This document shows positions 45,202-54,336 of a stretch of 64,000 nt of DNA, piece by piece. Numbering within the stretch: the stretch's first letter is position 1; the number at the start of each line of letters is the position of its first letter. The notes beneath the pieces were generated by a model. The model did not search any database, was not told the origin of the DNA, and worked only from the letters and a program-made list of their open reading frames with translations. The stretch lies in IMG/VR virus record IMGVR_UViG_3300015371_000025, positions 3,405 through 67,404 of that record; one strand, written 5' to 3'. The DNA comes from a virus. Made by a program: the position numbers and the translations under genes.

Positions 45202-47046
45202 CTAGTAGTTCCTCATGATCGGTTCACCCAGGGACTTGCGCCAGTCGGACATCTGATCTCCATCGCGGGACCCTATCGGACCCTGGCGATCTGTCCTGGT
45301 GACGGTCACGCGTACTCCGGGAGCCCGGCGACGGGGCGGTCCTGCGGCCGGACGGTTCTGGGAGCGGTTGAAGCGCCGTCGCATCTTCTTGATGTTCTCG
45401 ACGGCGTAGCGGAAGTTGGACATGCAGTGGTTGAACTCGTCGATCTGCTTGAGCGTCTCTTCGTGCTTACGCCAGTCCTTGCGCTCCTTGAGCCACATCT
45501 CGCAGCGGGCATCGGTGCGAAGCAGATCGTCATCCATGTAGCTACGGATGGACTTGATGTGCTCGTCGAACTCGCGCGTGGAGTGCCACTCCGTCTTGAG
45601 CCCCTTCTCGCGCCAGTCCATGCGGGCGGCCTTGCCCTGGGGATCTGCGAAGCGGGCCGAGATGCGGAAGCCAGGCGAGAGCACCGCCCAGCGTGCCTCT
45701 CGAGCGATCACCATGTCGCCGAGCTTGTCGTTGCCGATCTCGGCCTTGTAGATCTCGTCGAAGCAGACGATCGTGCCCTCCTTGACGCGGACCTTGGGAT
45801 GGGTCCCGTCGTGGAGCATCGTGTAACCGTCACACTCAACATCTACAGTCAGCAGTTGGTACCAGTTGACGGCGTGGGGGTTCGTGCCGCCCCAGTCGAC
45901 CGACTGGAAGATCGGCCCGTTCTCGGCGTCGGGGATGAAGTTGCGAATGACGTGGTGAGCGTCGCGCCAGTCGTGCAGGTAGTGGAACCGCATCTCCGGC
46001 TTGAGGCAGAGCTGCTGGACCTCGAAGGTGTCGCGATCGTTCTCGCGGAACTGCTTCACGATCTCGACCGGCGGCTGCCACCCACGGCTGCGGAAGAAGT
46101 CGCCGTCGCAGACTGCATCGAGCGTGCGGGCGCTGCCGTCATCCCACTCACCCTTGCGCACCTCGTTACAGGTACACAGCTCGCAAGGATCGCGGCCAAG
46201 CTCCTTGAGCCGGGCCTTGCGGGCATCGGGATCTGCACGGCGGCAGTCGGGGCGCTCCTGAGCGGTCTCCTTGATGCACCACTTGAGGAGCTTGCGGGGC
46301 GGCTGATAGCCCTGGGTGATCGCCTCATCGATCTCGTCGATGAGTTCCTGCATGCGGCCCGAGGGACCCTTACGAGTGCTTGTAGCAATATCCTGCGGAA
46401 CGATCTCGCGGCCATCCGTGGTCGTGCCCGCGACCGTCATATTGCGGGACTCCTTCCACGTGTCGCTCCGCATCAGCTCGACCTCATCGGCGTGGCTGAC
46501 GTTCGGGTGTGGCCCGTTGACCTGCTCCGGCGTGGAGCCCAGCACCTCGATCTTCGACGTGTTGCGGAAGTTCGTCTCCGACTGGAGCGAGGAGACGATC
46601 TCAGGCTTGCGGTTGCCGTTCTTGTCGTAGATCCACTTCTTGAGGTGGCTGTAGGCACGCTTCGACTGGTTCTCGACGGCGCCGAAGGTGATCGACTCGA
46701 TGCCCGGCTTGAAGCGGCTGTTGATCCAGTGGATGACGGCCACGAGGAAGGTCTTGCCGCCGCCTCGGTTGGCCATGAGGAGAACGGCGTCGACCCGCTC
46801 GAAATAGATGTCGGCGACGAACTGGAAGGGCGGGTCGTGCTCCTCACAGACGGCTGTGCGAGGGATGTCGAGCCCCAGCTCGTGCTTGATCCACTCGTGA
46901 AGCTCGTCGTCGTTCTGAGGACCGTATGTAGCTAGACGGCGCTCCAGCTCGAGTTCGTGCTCGTAGATCTCACGGAGATCCTCCTCATCAAGCTGCTCGA
47001 GATAGGTGGCCCACTCCTCGGGCGTGTGCGGGAGAGTGGCCGCCAT
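45202..47046 (-). CDS. terL: Terminase large subunit
   Basis: Walker A ANRGGGKT, Walker B HADEVE, nuclease VDWGGTNP / FADPQG / DEFNHCMSNFRY. Confidence 0.88.
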   Translation of the reverse strand: MAATLPHTPEEWATYLEQLDEEDLREIYEHELELERRLATYGPQNDDELHEWIKHELGLDIPRTAVCEEHDPPFQFVADIYFERVDAVLLMANRGGGKTFLVAVIHWINSRFKPGIESITFGAVENQSKRAYSHLKKWIYDKNGNRKPEIVSSLQSETNFRNTSKIEVLGSTPEQVNGPHPNVSHADEVELMRSDTWKESRNMTVAGTTTDGREIVPQDIATSTRKGPSGRMQELIDEIDEAITQGYQPPRKLLKWCIKETAQERPDCRRADPDARKARLKELGRDPCELCTCNEVRKGEWDDGSARTLDAVCDGDFFRSRGWQPPVEIVKQFRENDRDTFEVQQLCLKPEMRFHYLHDWRDAHHVIRNFIPDAENGPIFQSVDWGGTNPHAVNWYQLLTVDVECDGYTMLHDGTHPKVRVKEGTIVCFDEIYKAEIGNDKLGDMVIAREARWAVLSPGFRISARFADPQGKAARMDWREKGLKTEWHSTREFDEHIKSIRSYMDDDLLRTDARCEMWLKERKDWRKHEETLKQIDEFNHCMSNFRYAVENIKKMRRRFNRSQNRPAAGPPRRRAPGVRVTVTRTDRQGPIGSRDGDQMSDWRKSLGEPIMRNY

Positions 47047-47546
47047 CAGTCCTCTTCGATGACCTCTGCGTCGACAATCGTCTCCTGCTCGAGCTGCTGG
47101 CGCATAATGGCTGCGGCAGGCCCGTTGGAGAGCTTCTCGGCCAGGGCTGCGATGATCTGCTCGCGCGTGAGCTGCTCACCATCGGCCTTCTCTTCGGCCA
47201 AGGCCAGCTTCGCGTTCTCGCGCTCGACGGCGAGCCACAGCTCGGCGCCCTTGAGGCGCTGGCCCATCGGGCGCTCGGGGTCGACGGCATCCTTGAAGAC
47301 CTGGACGATCGCCTTGCGGTTCTCCTCCTCCTGAGCTGCACCGGCAATGGCCTGGTTGGCGAGGCGCTTCTCACGTGTGTTGCCGCGACCACCGAGCCTG
47401 CCGAACTCGGCCCCGCCGAAGCGCCCCTCGGCATGCCGCTGCTTGGCGGCTTCCGAGAGGCGCTGTCTAGCCTCGGGGCTGAAATGAGGCTTCTTGCGGC
47501 CGTTTCGCGTGGGGCGCTGGCGCTTGGCGGGGGAGGGCGACGACAT
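47046..47546 (-). CDS. Probable terminase small subunit
   Basis: Directly upstream of TerL (TGATG); helical; ends IVDAEVIEED. Confidence 0.6.
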   Translation of the reverse strand: MSSPSPAKRQRPTRNGRKKPHFSPEARQRLSEAAKQRHAEGRFGGAEFGRLGGRGNTREKRLANQAIAGAAQEEENRKAIVQVFKDAVDPERPMGQRLKGAELWLAVERENAKLALAEEKADGEQLTREQIIAALAEKLSNGPAAAIMRQQLEQETIVDAEVIEED

Positions 47547-47599
47547 GATCTTAGCCCCGATGTTACCCAGGATCCGTCATCTGGGAGTAGTCATTTGCG

Positions 47600-48463
47600 C
47601 TACGCGGCCGACTCAGCGTAGAGATCGGGGTACAGATCCCAGATGTGAGTCGACCCTTCGTTGTGGAGCATCTTGTCCACGGTGTCGTCCTCAATGTAGG
47701 TCTTCGTACCGTTCGCGAGCGCACGGATCAAAGCGCCGTCGACCCCGCAAAGAGCGCCCAACTCCTCCGACGACCACTTGCTGAGACGGTCCCGAACCCA
47801 CTCCTCCATCGGACCGCACTCGAGCCTCGTGGCCGGACCAATGTCACGGTTGTTGAGGAGCTTCAAGCGGGGCTCGATGCCAGCTCTGCGCCGGGCGCCC
47901 TCGGCCCAGATGCGCTGGTACTCGCGCCGGTGCTCAAGCCAGTCGGGGTCCTTGCTCTTCTCGGCGTGGTACTGACGCCTGCGAGCGTTGCGATCCTCAC
48001 GCGTCGCTCTGCGGAGAGGCTCGTATGGCTTGCCTCGCCTGCGGATCCCTGCGGCATGGCGCTGTTCGATCCGATCGCACGCCATACACACATACTGGTA
48101 CGCGATTGCGTTGCCCTCGTCATCGCGGTCGCGAGCGTGGAAGTTGAGAATCGAGACCCAGCGCGGCCCCTGGTGATGCTTCGATCCGCAAAGACGGTGA
48201 CCCATGACGACGGGGTTCGTCTTGGCATGACGCTTACAGGTGCAGCCGGGCTCGCACGGGCCGCGCTTCACACGCTTGATCTTGCCGCCCTTGCGCTGGC
48301 GCTCGCGGATCTGCTCCGGCGTGAGCTTGACGCCCCGCTCCTTGAGCCAACGGCGCACCGAGCCGTTGCCAACGTGATGCTTGCGGGCGACCTCCATGTT
48401 GGTCATTCCCGACAGGTAGTCGGCAACAGCAGCGTCCTTGATGTCCTCCGGCACTCCAGCCAT
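47600..48463 (-). CDS. HTH/Zn-finger DNA-binding protein (possible late transcription regulator)
   Basis: N-terminal TNMEVARKHHVGNGSVRRWL HTH; Cys clusters; C-terminal Cro-like EELGALCGVDGALIRAL. Confidence 0.65.
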   Translation of the reverse strand: MAGVPEDIKDAAVADYLSGMTNMEVARKHHVGNGSVRRWLKERGVKLTPEQIRERQRKGGKIKRVKRGPCEPGCTCKRHAKTNPVVMGHRLCGSKHHQGPRWVSILNFHARDRDDEGNAIAYQYVCMACDRIEQRHAAGIRRRGKPYEPLRRATREDRNARRRQYHAEKSKDPDWLEHRREYQRIWAEGARRRAGIEPRLKLLNNRDIGPATRLECGPMEEWVRDRLSKWSSEELGALCGVDGALIRALANGTKTYIEDDTVDKMLHNEGSTHIWDLYPDLYAESAA

Positions 48464-48948
48464 CAGGAGCCGAGAACGGTCAGACCCGCCTTCGCCATGA
48501 CGAAGGCATCTGCCACGTCGGCTCCGCCCTTGCGCGGGAGCTTGAGCTGGGGGTAGTTCTGTTTCACGACGGCGTGAGCCTCCTCTTTCGTTGCCGTGAT
48601 CGGGAGCCCCAGAAGTTGATGTCGAGCATCTGCGGCCTTGACGCGCACCACGATGAGCCCGTGCCTCTTGCACGCGATCAACGCGGCGGCCTCGAAGTGA
48701 GCCAGGACCCGTGCGGTCTTGGCGCCCCTCATAACCGCTAGCTCCTCCACCACGGCTAGTTCGATTGTGGACCTACGTAGACCTATCCAGGTATTCAGCC
48801 ATGAGTAGTAGGCGAATATCCTGGTCGCGCCCTTGGCCTTCTCCTCTGCCGGAGTCGGCGTCCAGACACCGTAACCGATCATGTCGTCGCCTTCCACGAG
48901 CGCGTGCCCGCTGCACGAACTCGAGGGGTCGATTCCAAGAACGATCAC
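48463..48948 (-). CDS. ruvC: RuvC-like Holliday junction resolvase
   Basis: IVLGIDPS, VVEE, ATKEE, DVADA motifs. Confidence 0.85.
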   Translation of the reverse strand: MIVLGIDPSSSCSGHALVEGDDMIGYGVWTPTPAEEKAKGATRIFAYYSWLNTWIGLRRSTIELAVVEELAVMRGAKTARVLAHFEAAALIACKRHGLIVVRVKAADARHQLLGLPITATKEEAHAVVKQNYPQLKLPRKGGADVADAFVMAKAGLTVLGS

Positions 48949-49032
48949 GTGAGGGAAACGGGGCGGCCTGGACCGCCCCGCCCAGACTGGATCACCTCGA
49001 TCATCGGTTGCCAGAAACCTGCGCTCGGAAAC

Positions 49033-49206
49033 TTACCCGATCAACGACCAGGAAAACCGAGCGACGATCAATAGCACCTTGACGAAGGCCGGGATGAAGG
49101 CAGCTCCTATGAGCAGCAGGAAGCAGAGCCACCCGACTGCACGAGCAGCGTCAGAAGTCGTGGAATCCCGCTGAGGTGGCGCGTAACCCGCCTCGGGCTC
49201 GGTCAC
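49033..49206 (-). CDS. Small membrane protein
   Basis: GTGA overlap; VGWLCFLLLIGAAFIPAFVKVLLIV. Confidence 0.55.
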   Translation of the reverse strand: MTEPEAGYAPPQRDSTTSDAARAVGWLCFLLLIGAAFIPAFVKVLLIVARFSWSLIG

Positions 49207-49745
49207 TTCGACCGCCTCCCGTTCCCGGCGCGGGTGAACTCGTTGTCCCTCATGGTTTCCTGTCGAGATAGACGCTCCACCACCTTGTCGTAGTTGTCGC
49301 GATCCTTGCGGAGTACGGCTGCGAGAACGCCGTGGCGACGCTGACGCTTGCGCCAGCGCTTCACGTCGTCGTTCTGCTCGGCGGCGGCTTTGATCTGCGT
49401 CATGGTGCCGTCGTCGTCGCCGTGGGCCGCGATGTAGGCCGTGACGATCTCCTCGGCGGCCTCGCGGCAGGTCGACTCGTGCGCCTCCTCGAGAGCGAGC
49501 AAGTAGCCAGCTCTGTAGGAATATGATGCGAAAGCCGAATGGAGCTGCTGGAGCTGCTTGTCGCTGATCAGCGTCAGGTCGAAGGGAAGGTCGACCGGAT
49601 CAGCTTCGAGCTGCGGAGGAACATGTAGACGCTCGCGATCGATGCGCTCGCGAACGTGCTGGATCAGTTCCGCATGCTCCGGATCGTCAGCCCCCGGCGA
49701 TGAGGCCGGGGGCTGAGACCGAGTGGGCCGCTGCCTACTCGGCAT
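49203..49745 (-). CDS. Helical hypothetical protein (possible recombination mediator)
   Basis: Coiled-coil character; lies in the recombination gene cluster. Confidence 0.65.
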   Translation of the reverse strand: MPSRQRPTRSQPPASSPGADDPEHAELIQHVRERIDRERLHVPPQLEADPVDLPFDLTLISDKQLQQLHSAFASYSYRAGYLLALEEAHESTCREAAEEIVTAYIAAHGDDDGTMTQIKAAAEQNDDVKRWRKRQRRHGVLAAVLRKDRDNYDKVVERLSRQETMRDNEFTRAGNGRRSK

Positions 49746-50835
49746 CGACCTGGATGGAGGTCACGCCGCTCGACAGGAGATCGAGCACGAGACCGGCCAC
49801 GGCGAACTTCCCGAGCGACTGCACGACGCCGCCCTCGGTCGTCACCGCGTAGAGCCGAACCGCGTCGGCCGCTGCGCCGTCAGAGGCACCTCCAGAGCGC
49901 CGAGTCCGCTTCGCTGCGGCAGGCCGAGCTGCCTCGCCGTCTCCCTCGCCTTCCGAATCGCCGTCCTCTCCTCCGGCGTCAGCAGACGGTGCGGCTGCGT
50001 CTTCGGCTTCCCCCGCTCCCTCCGCCTCTGCCGCTGCGTCTTCTTCGCCACTGCCGTCCTCCGTGTAGGGCTTCATCAGCTCGTCCAGGCGGTCGAGCAG
50101 GCCGGTGCGGTTCTTGTGGATCGACTCGTACGCGAAGACGTGCTTGAGGGTCCAGAGCTTGTCCTCGTCGGACACGTCCTCGTTCTCGAGGTACTCGTCG
50201 AGCGACTCCTTGACCTCGCTCACCTTGAGCGCGGCGAAGCCCTCGAACGGCTCCTCCTGAGCGTCGGGCTGCTCCTCGGCGGGCTCGGCGTCGACCTCCT
50301 CGGGCTCCGCCTCCGCCTCGGGCTCCGGGTCGGGCTCAGGCTCCGGATCGACGCCACGCCCGGTCAGCTCGCTGGCGCGGTCGACGATCTTCTTGCGGTT
50401 CTTGTGCGCCGCCTCGTAGAGCAGGACGTGCGTCACGGAATCCGTGTCGCCCTCGTCGCCCCAGACCTCGACGCCCTCGATGATGTCGGTCACCGAATCG
50501 CTGTCGTAGCCCTCCCAGGGCTCCTCCTGCGAGCGCGGGTCGGCGGGCTCGGGCTCCGGCTCCTTCTTCTGCGGCTTCGGACGGCCGGGCTTGGGCTTGG
50601 CAGCGGTCGGCTTGGGCTTCGGCTTGGCCGAAGGGCCATCACCGTTCGCCTCGGCCAGCTTGAGCAGCGCCGCCACCTCGGGGGTCTGGACGTTCTGCTC
50701 CCAGGCGTCCTTGGCCATCGCGACGAGACCCTCTGCGGCCTCGATCGCTGCCGAGTCGTCCTCGGGCATCTCGCCCTCGAACATCTCGTCTTCGAGCGCT
50801 TGCGAGATGATCGCTCGCGCGGTTTCTGCGGTCAT
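49735..50835 (-). CDS. Acidic low-complexity protein with two EEP(W/F)EG...YE-xHKNR repeats
   Basis: Internal duplication visible in the translation; GGAGG SD. Confidence 0.72.
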   Translation of the reverse strand: MTAETARAIISQALEDEMFEGEMPEDDSAAIEAAEGLVAMAKDAWEQNVQTPEVAALLKLAEANGDGPSAKPKPKPTAAKPKPGRPKPQKKEPEPEPADPRSQEEPWEGYDSDSVTDIIEGVEVWGDEGDTDSVTHVLLYEAAHKNRKKIVDRASELTGRGVDPEPEPDPEPEAEAEPEEVDAEPAEEQPDAQEEPFEGFAALKVSEVKESLDEYLENEDVSDEDKLWTLKHVFAYESIHKNRTGLLDRLDELMKPYTEDGSGEEDAAAEAEGAGEAEDAAAPSADAGGEDGDSEGEGDGEAARPAAAKRTRRSGGASDGAAADAVRLYAVTTEGGVVQSLGKFAVAGLVLDLLSSGVTSIQVDAE

Positions 50836-50876
50836 CGGGGCATTGCCTCCGTTCGTGGGAAATCGTTAGTGCGATC

Positions 50877-51935
50877 TTAGCGTATCGCGGGCTTCTTTGG
50901 GGACCAGCGGCGCTTCACTCGCTCGCGGGCATCGCTGTAGGAGTAATCCGGTCGGATCTCCTTCGTCATGCGGATGCCGTTCGAGTCGTCGAGCGCCTGA
51001 ATATCGCCTCGGAAATCTTCCTGACAGACCTTCTTGTAGCTACAGAACTTGCACGGCTCATAGGACCACTTCCAGCCGTGGGGATGGCCGAAACGCGTCG
51101 TGCGCTTCCCCGGCTTGTTCTCTGCGAGCAGCTCCTCCTCCCAGAGAGCCCGGAAGCGCTTGAGCTGCTCGACGCCGGTCTCGAAGAACGTCGCATCGTA
51201 CTGGACCCAGAACTCTGCGGTGGGTATGGGCTCGCGAGGATCGTACTTCTGATCCCTGGCCATGTAGTAGATGAAGCCGCCGTCGCAGAGCTTGAGATCG
51301 CTCCACAGGTCGCCGTTCTCCTGAGCGGCACGGATGAGGCCCATCTGCGTCTTGAGCTGCTTGACGTGCTTCTCGTCGGGGCCACGAAGTCCCAGCAACA
51401 TGTTGCGGATGTCGCTCTCGTGCTTCGTCTTGATCTCGACCGGCGTCGCCTTCTTGCGCAGCACGATGGCGGAGTCGACGGAGCCCGTCAGCATCAGCTC
51501 GGGGATCTCGAAGCCGGTCTGCACCTCGGCGTCCGGCGGCGCCGAGATCAGCATGCCGCTGCCACGATGCAGCTTGTCGACGAGATCGGTCTCGAGCGCC
51601 TTGCCGGTGATGGCCGTCAGGTGAAGCCTGCGCGACGGCTCGCTCTCAGCCGTGAAGTCGGCCATGCGGTAGACAGCCTCGCGGGAGCAGGCCATCGGAT
51701 CGTCGCCGGGGAACTGGCTCGCGTGGAAGGAGACGTGCCAGGGGTGGCCGTGCGGGCTGTCGTCGAGCTGATCGCGCCAGCTCTCGCGCAATGCACGTCT
51801 GTAGGAGTCTTCGATGATGGGCTCAAGCGTGCGGACAAGCTGGAGCCTGCTGAACAGCTCCTTGCGCGTCAGCCGCTTGAGCCCCATCGTGGCCCGCAGG
51901 CGCAGCGCCATGACTTCCTTGCGGTCGTACTTCAC
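50877..51935 (-). CDS. Cas4/RecB-like PD-(D/E)XK exonuclease
   Basis: FHASQF...CSRE, TGSVD, VEIKT, QLKTQM, C-terminal CKFCSYKKVC. Confidence 0.82.
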   Translation of the reverse strand: MKYDRKEVMALRLRATMGLKRLTRKELFSRLQLVRTLEPIIEDSYRRALRESWRDQLDDSPHGHPWHVSFHASQFPGDDPMACSREAVYRMADFTAESEPSRRLHLTAITGKALETDLVDKLHRGSGMLISAPPDAEVQTGFEIPELMLTGSVDSAIVLRKKATPVEIKTKHESDIRNMLLGLRGPDEKHVKQLKTQMGLIRAAQENGDLWSDLKLCDGGFIYYMARDQKYDPREPIPTAEFWVQYDATFFETGVEQLKRFRALWEEELLAENKPGKRTTRFGHPHGWKWSYEPCKFCSYKKVCQEDFRGDIQALDDSNGIRMTKEIRPDYSYSDARERVKRRWSPKKPAIR

Positions 51936-52333
51936 GAGCGCGCCTTCGCGATGAACGGGTTGATCTCCTTCTTCGCCTTGGCGATGAAGGGATTAGTTTG
52001 TAGCTGATTTTCCGTTGTCTTGGCCACGTTTGTGTCTTCGTCCGGCGGAAGCTCCCAGGGAGGCGTGCGAGCGGCGTGGCCCTCGATCTTCTCCATGCGC
52101 GTCGCGAACGCCACGATGGTCGACCGGAGATGGCCCGGTGTGTTGTTCGAGGGCTCCACCTCGAACCAGCCGGTCTTGCGATCGAGCGTCTTGAGCGGCC
52201 CAGTGTGCGACAGGGTGCCGCCGCCGTAGGCAGGATCTACCTCCCACGTGACGCGCACCGTGTCGCCCACCTTGATCCCCTTCGCATCGAGTTCGGCGAA
52301 GGCTGCCTTGAGTGTGAAGGGGTTCACAGACAT
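51932..52333 (-). CDS. Hypothetical protein with tandem C-terminal NPFIAK motifs
   Basis: 133-aa operon gene. Confidence 0.68.
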   Translation of the reverse strand: MSVNPFTLKAAFAELDAKGIKVGDTVRVTWEVDPAYGGGTLSHTGPLKTLDRKTGWFEVEPSNNTPGHLRSTIVAFATRMEKIEGHAARTPPWELPPDEDTNVAKTTENQLQTNPFIAKAKKEINPFIAKARS

Positions 52334-52337
52334 GTAG

Positions 52338-52745
52338 CTACTGCACGGGCTCCTCGACCGGGGGCTCGGGATCGACAGGCGGCTCCACGGGAGGCTCCTC
52401 AGCCGGAGGCGTGGGGTCGGCGGGCTGCGCCGGAGGCGGATCCGCAGGGGTGATCGAGGGATCGGCGGGCTCCTCGACCGGCGCCTGCACGGGCTCGATC
52501 TTGGTGACCTGCATGGACGGGAACTGCACCGTGGCCCCGAACGGCTCCAGCGTGCTCGAGATCAGCGCGACCTTGGCCGCGTCGATGTTCGCATTGCGCG
52601 ACAGGTCGACGATGAACGTCGGCAGCTCGGCCGACTCCGGGAGACCAGCGTAGAGCGGGTCGGCGATGACGACGATCGTCACGTTGACCTGGGCCGCGTC
52701 GACCAGCGCCGCCGCGATCCCGTATGACTCCTCCTGCGTGAACAT
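52338..52745 (-). CDS. Hypothetical protein with Pro/Glu-rich tail
   Basis: AAGGAG SD. Confidence 0.68.
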   Translation of the reverse strand: MFTQEESYGIAAALVDAAQVNVTIVVIADPLYAGLPESAELPTFIVDLSRNANIDAAKVALISSTLEPFGATVQFPSMQVTKIEPVQAPVEEPADPSITPADPPPAQPADPTPPAEEPPVEPPVDPEPPVEEPVQ

Positions 52746-52778
52746 CAGACTCCTTTGTCGTAGAGAGGTCGGGGGAGT

Positions 52779-53195
52779 CTACGCGGCTTCGAGGGACGGG
52801 AACCAGGCCCGAAGCGTGTCGGGCAGCTCGTCCACGGTGTCGATCCGGGTCACATCGCGGAGGTACCAGAAGATCGAGTCGCGGATCGATCCCACGACGA
52901 TGACGGGGATGCCATAGGCGAGCGCCATGCCGGTCTCGATGAACATCCCGAGGCCGTTGGCGGTGTCGCTGCCGCAGACGAGAACGAGGAAGTCAGCCGT
53001 CACGCAAGCGTGGCGCTCCATCTCGGCGATCCGCTCTGCCTCGAGAGGAGCCTGATCCCAATCGGGCCGGAAGTTGCCATCGAGGCTCGTCCAGTCGAGC
53101 GTGATCTCGATGCCGTGCTCGCGAAGAACACGCTGCACAGCACGCACGCCTTCGATGTTCGATGTCCGACCTGCAACGTACCCTTTCGTGCTCAC
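52779..53195 (-). CDS. Nucleoside 2-deoxyribosyltransferase-like protein
   Basis: YVAG, DWT, ADFLVL, GMFIETGMALAYGIPVIVVG motifs. Confidence 0.75.
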   Translation of the reverse strand: MSTKGYVAGRTSNIEGVRAVQRVLREHGIEITLDWTSLDGNFRPDWDQAPLEAERIAEMERHACVTADFLVLVCGSDTANGLGMFIETGMALAYGIPVIVVGSIRDSIFWYLRDVTRIDTVDELPDTLRAWFPSLEAA

Positions 53196-53356
53196 CACGG
53201 TCCTCCGTTGAGTATGTAGATGTGTCGCCGATTCCGCGACCTGTTGCGGGATGTATACCCGCGTGGCTCCCAAACCTCCCAGCGTCCGTTCACGACGCGG
53301 AAATGGGGCTTCCAGGGGCGCGGGATGGTCCAGCGGTTCCGGCGCCTCCGTCTCAC
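53192..53356 (-). CDS. Small Arg/Trp-rich protein
   Basis: GTGA overlaps at both ends. Confidence 0.4.
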   Translation of the reverse strand: MRRRRRNRWTIPRPWKPHFRVVNGRWEVWEPRGYTSRNRSRNRRHIYILNGGPW

Positions 53357-53811
53357 ATCTGCTTCCCGTGGAGGTGAGGCCGGTCGCGGTTCTTGGTCAT
53401 CTTCGCGTACACCTCATCGCCGATCTGGATGTCGATCATGTCGGCGAGGTCGCCGATGCGGATCTGGGCATCGGCCAGCTCCTCGCCGATGTTGCCGTCG
53501 CCGTTGGCGTGGCCGACGTAGCCGGTGACGCGAAGGCTCTCGAGTGCCTCGGACAGCTCGGACACGGTGAGCATGAGCTTGGTGCCGATAACGTTCCTGC
53601 GAAGAGCGTCGGCGGCGAGCGCCAAGATCGGGCCGATGCGCTGCTCGCCGGAGGCAAGATGCATTTGGAAGAACATGGACCGATCGGCGATCTCGTCGAG
53701 CAGATTGGCCAGCTCCCAGTCATCGCGAAAGCCCTTGGACTCGGACGTGTCGCCGACCTTCTCGGCAACGAGGTTCATCGAGTCGCGGGCCGCTTCAAGT
53801 TCTGTAGACAC
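53353..53811 (-). CDS. MazG-like NTP pyrophosphohydrolase
   Basis: KLMLTVSELSEALE, EELADAQIRIGD, KMTKNRDRPHLHGK. Confidence 0.82.
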   Translation of the reverse strand: MSTELEAARDSMNLVAEKVGDTSESKGFRDDWELANLLDEIADRSMFFQMHLASGEQRIGPILALAADALRRNVIGTKLMLTVSELSEALESLRVTGYVGHANGDGNIGEELADAQIRIGDLADMIDIQIGDEVYAKMTKNRDRPHLHGKQM

Positions 53812-53813
53812 AA

Positions 53814-53939
53814 TTATCCGTTCTGAGAGTCAGGGGTCGGGTAGGAGATCTCGAGCAGTTCGTTCATGAAGTCGTCCCAGTCGGACTCCGAGAACCACTC
53901 GATCGAGGTGAGATGGACTTCGAGCTGCTCACCGTTCAC
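53814..53939 (-). CDS. Small acidic protein (41 aa)
   Basis: GTGA overlap, GGAGG SD. Confidence 0.45.
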   Translation of the reverse strand: MNGEQLEVHLTSIEWFSESDWDDFMNELLEISYPTPDSQNG

Positions 53940-54277
53940 TTGATCTTGCCCTCCTTGAGAGCCTTGGCGATGAATGGGTTCTTCTTCGCTGCGGCCAGGA
54001 TGAACGGGTTCGGCTTGTGGCCGTTGCTCGTGGAGCCACCGGGGCGCGCGAGCTGGATCTTGTGCTTGCGCTTGTACTCCTGTAGGCCAAACGCGAGGTC
54101 GCGGTCAACGGTCGCGGCCTCGCGCATCGGCGAGTCCTTCATGTTCGGGTTGCCCACCATCCACGAGCCGAAGCGATCGTGAAGGGTGTACTCGCCCTGG
54201 TCACGGTACGACTGCACCCTGGCGACGCAGAAGCCGTCGCTGTGGCGCCGCATGTCGAGAATCTTGTAGCTGAGCAT
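53936..54277 (-). CDS. Hypothetical protein with tandem C-terminal NPFI motifs
   Basis: Downstream of the duplicated GGTAAGATCGCAGCGAC element. Confidence 0.7.
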   Translation of the reverse strand: MLSYKILDMRRHSDGFCVARVQSYRDQGEYTLHDRFGSWMVGNPNMKDSPMREAATVDRDLAFGLQEYKRKHKIQLARPGGSTSNGHKPNPFILAAAKKNPFIAKALKEGKIK

Positions 54278-54292
54278 TGGTCCGTCCTGGGT

Positions 54293-54336
54293 GTCGCTGC
54301 GATCTTACCATTATACACGGTCGCTGCGATCTTACC
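54293..54336 (-). promoter_or_regulatory. Tandem 17-bp direct repeat GGTAAGATCGCAGCGAC (middle-promoter-like -10 element)
   Basis: Identical copies at 54293-54309 and 54320-54336; related TAAGATCGCA at 50870-50879 and 62245-62257. Confidence 0.6.
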
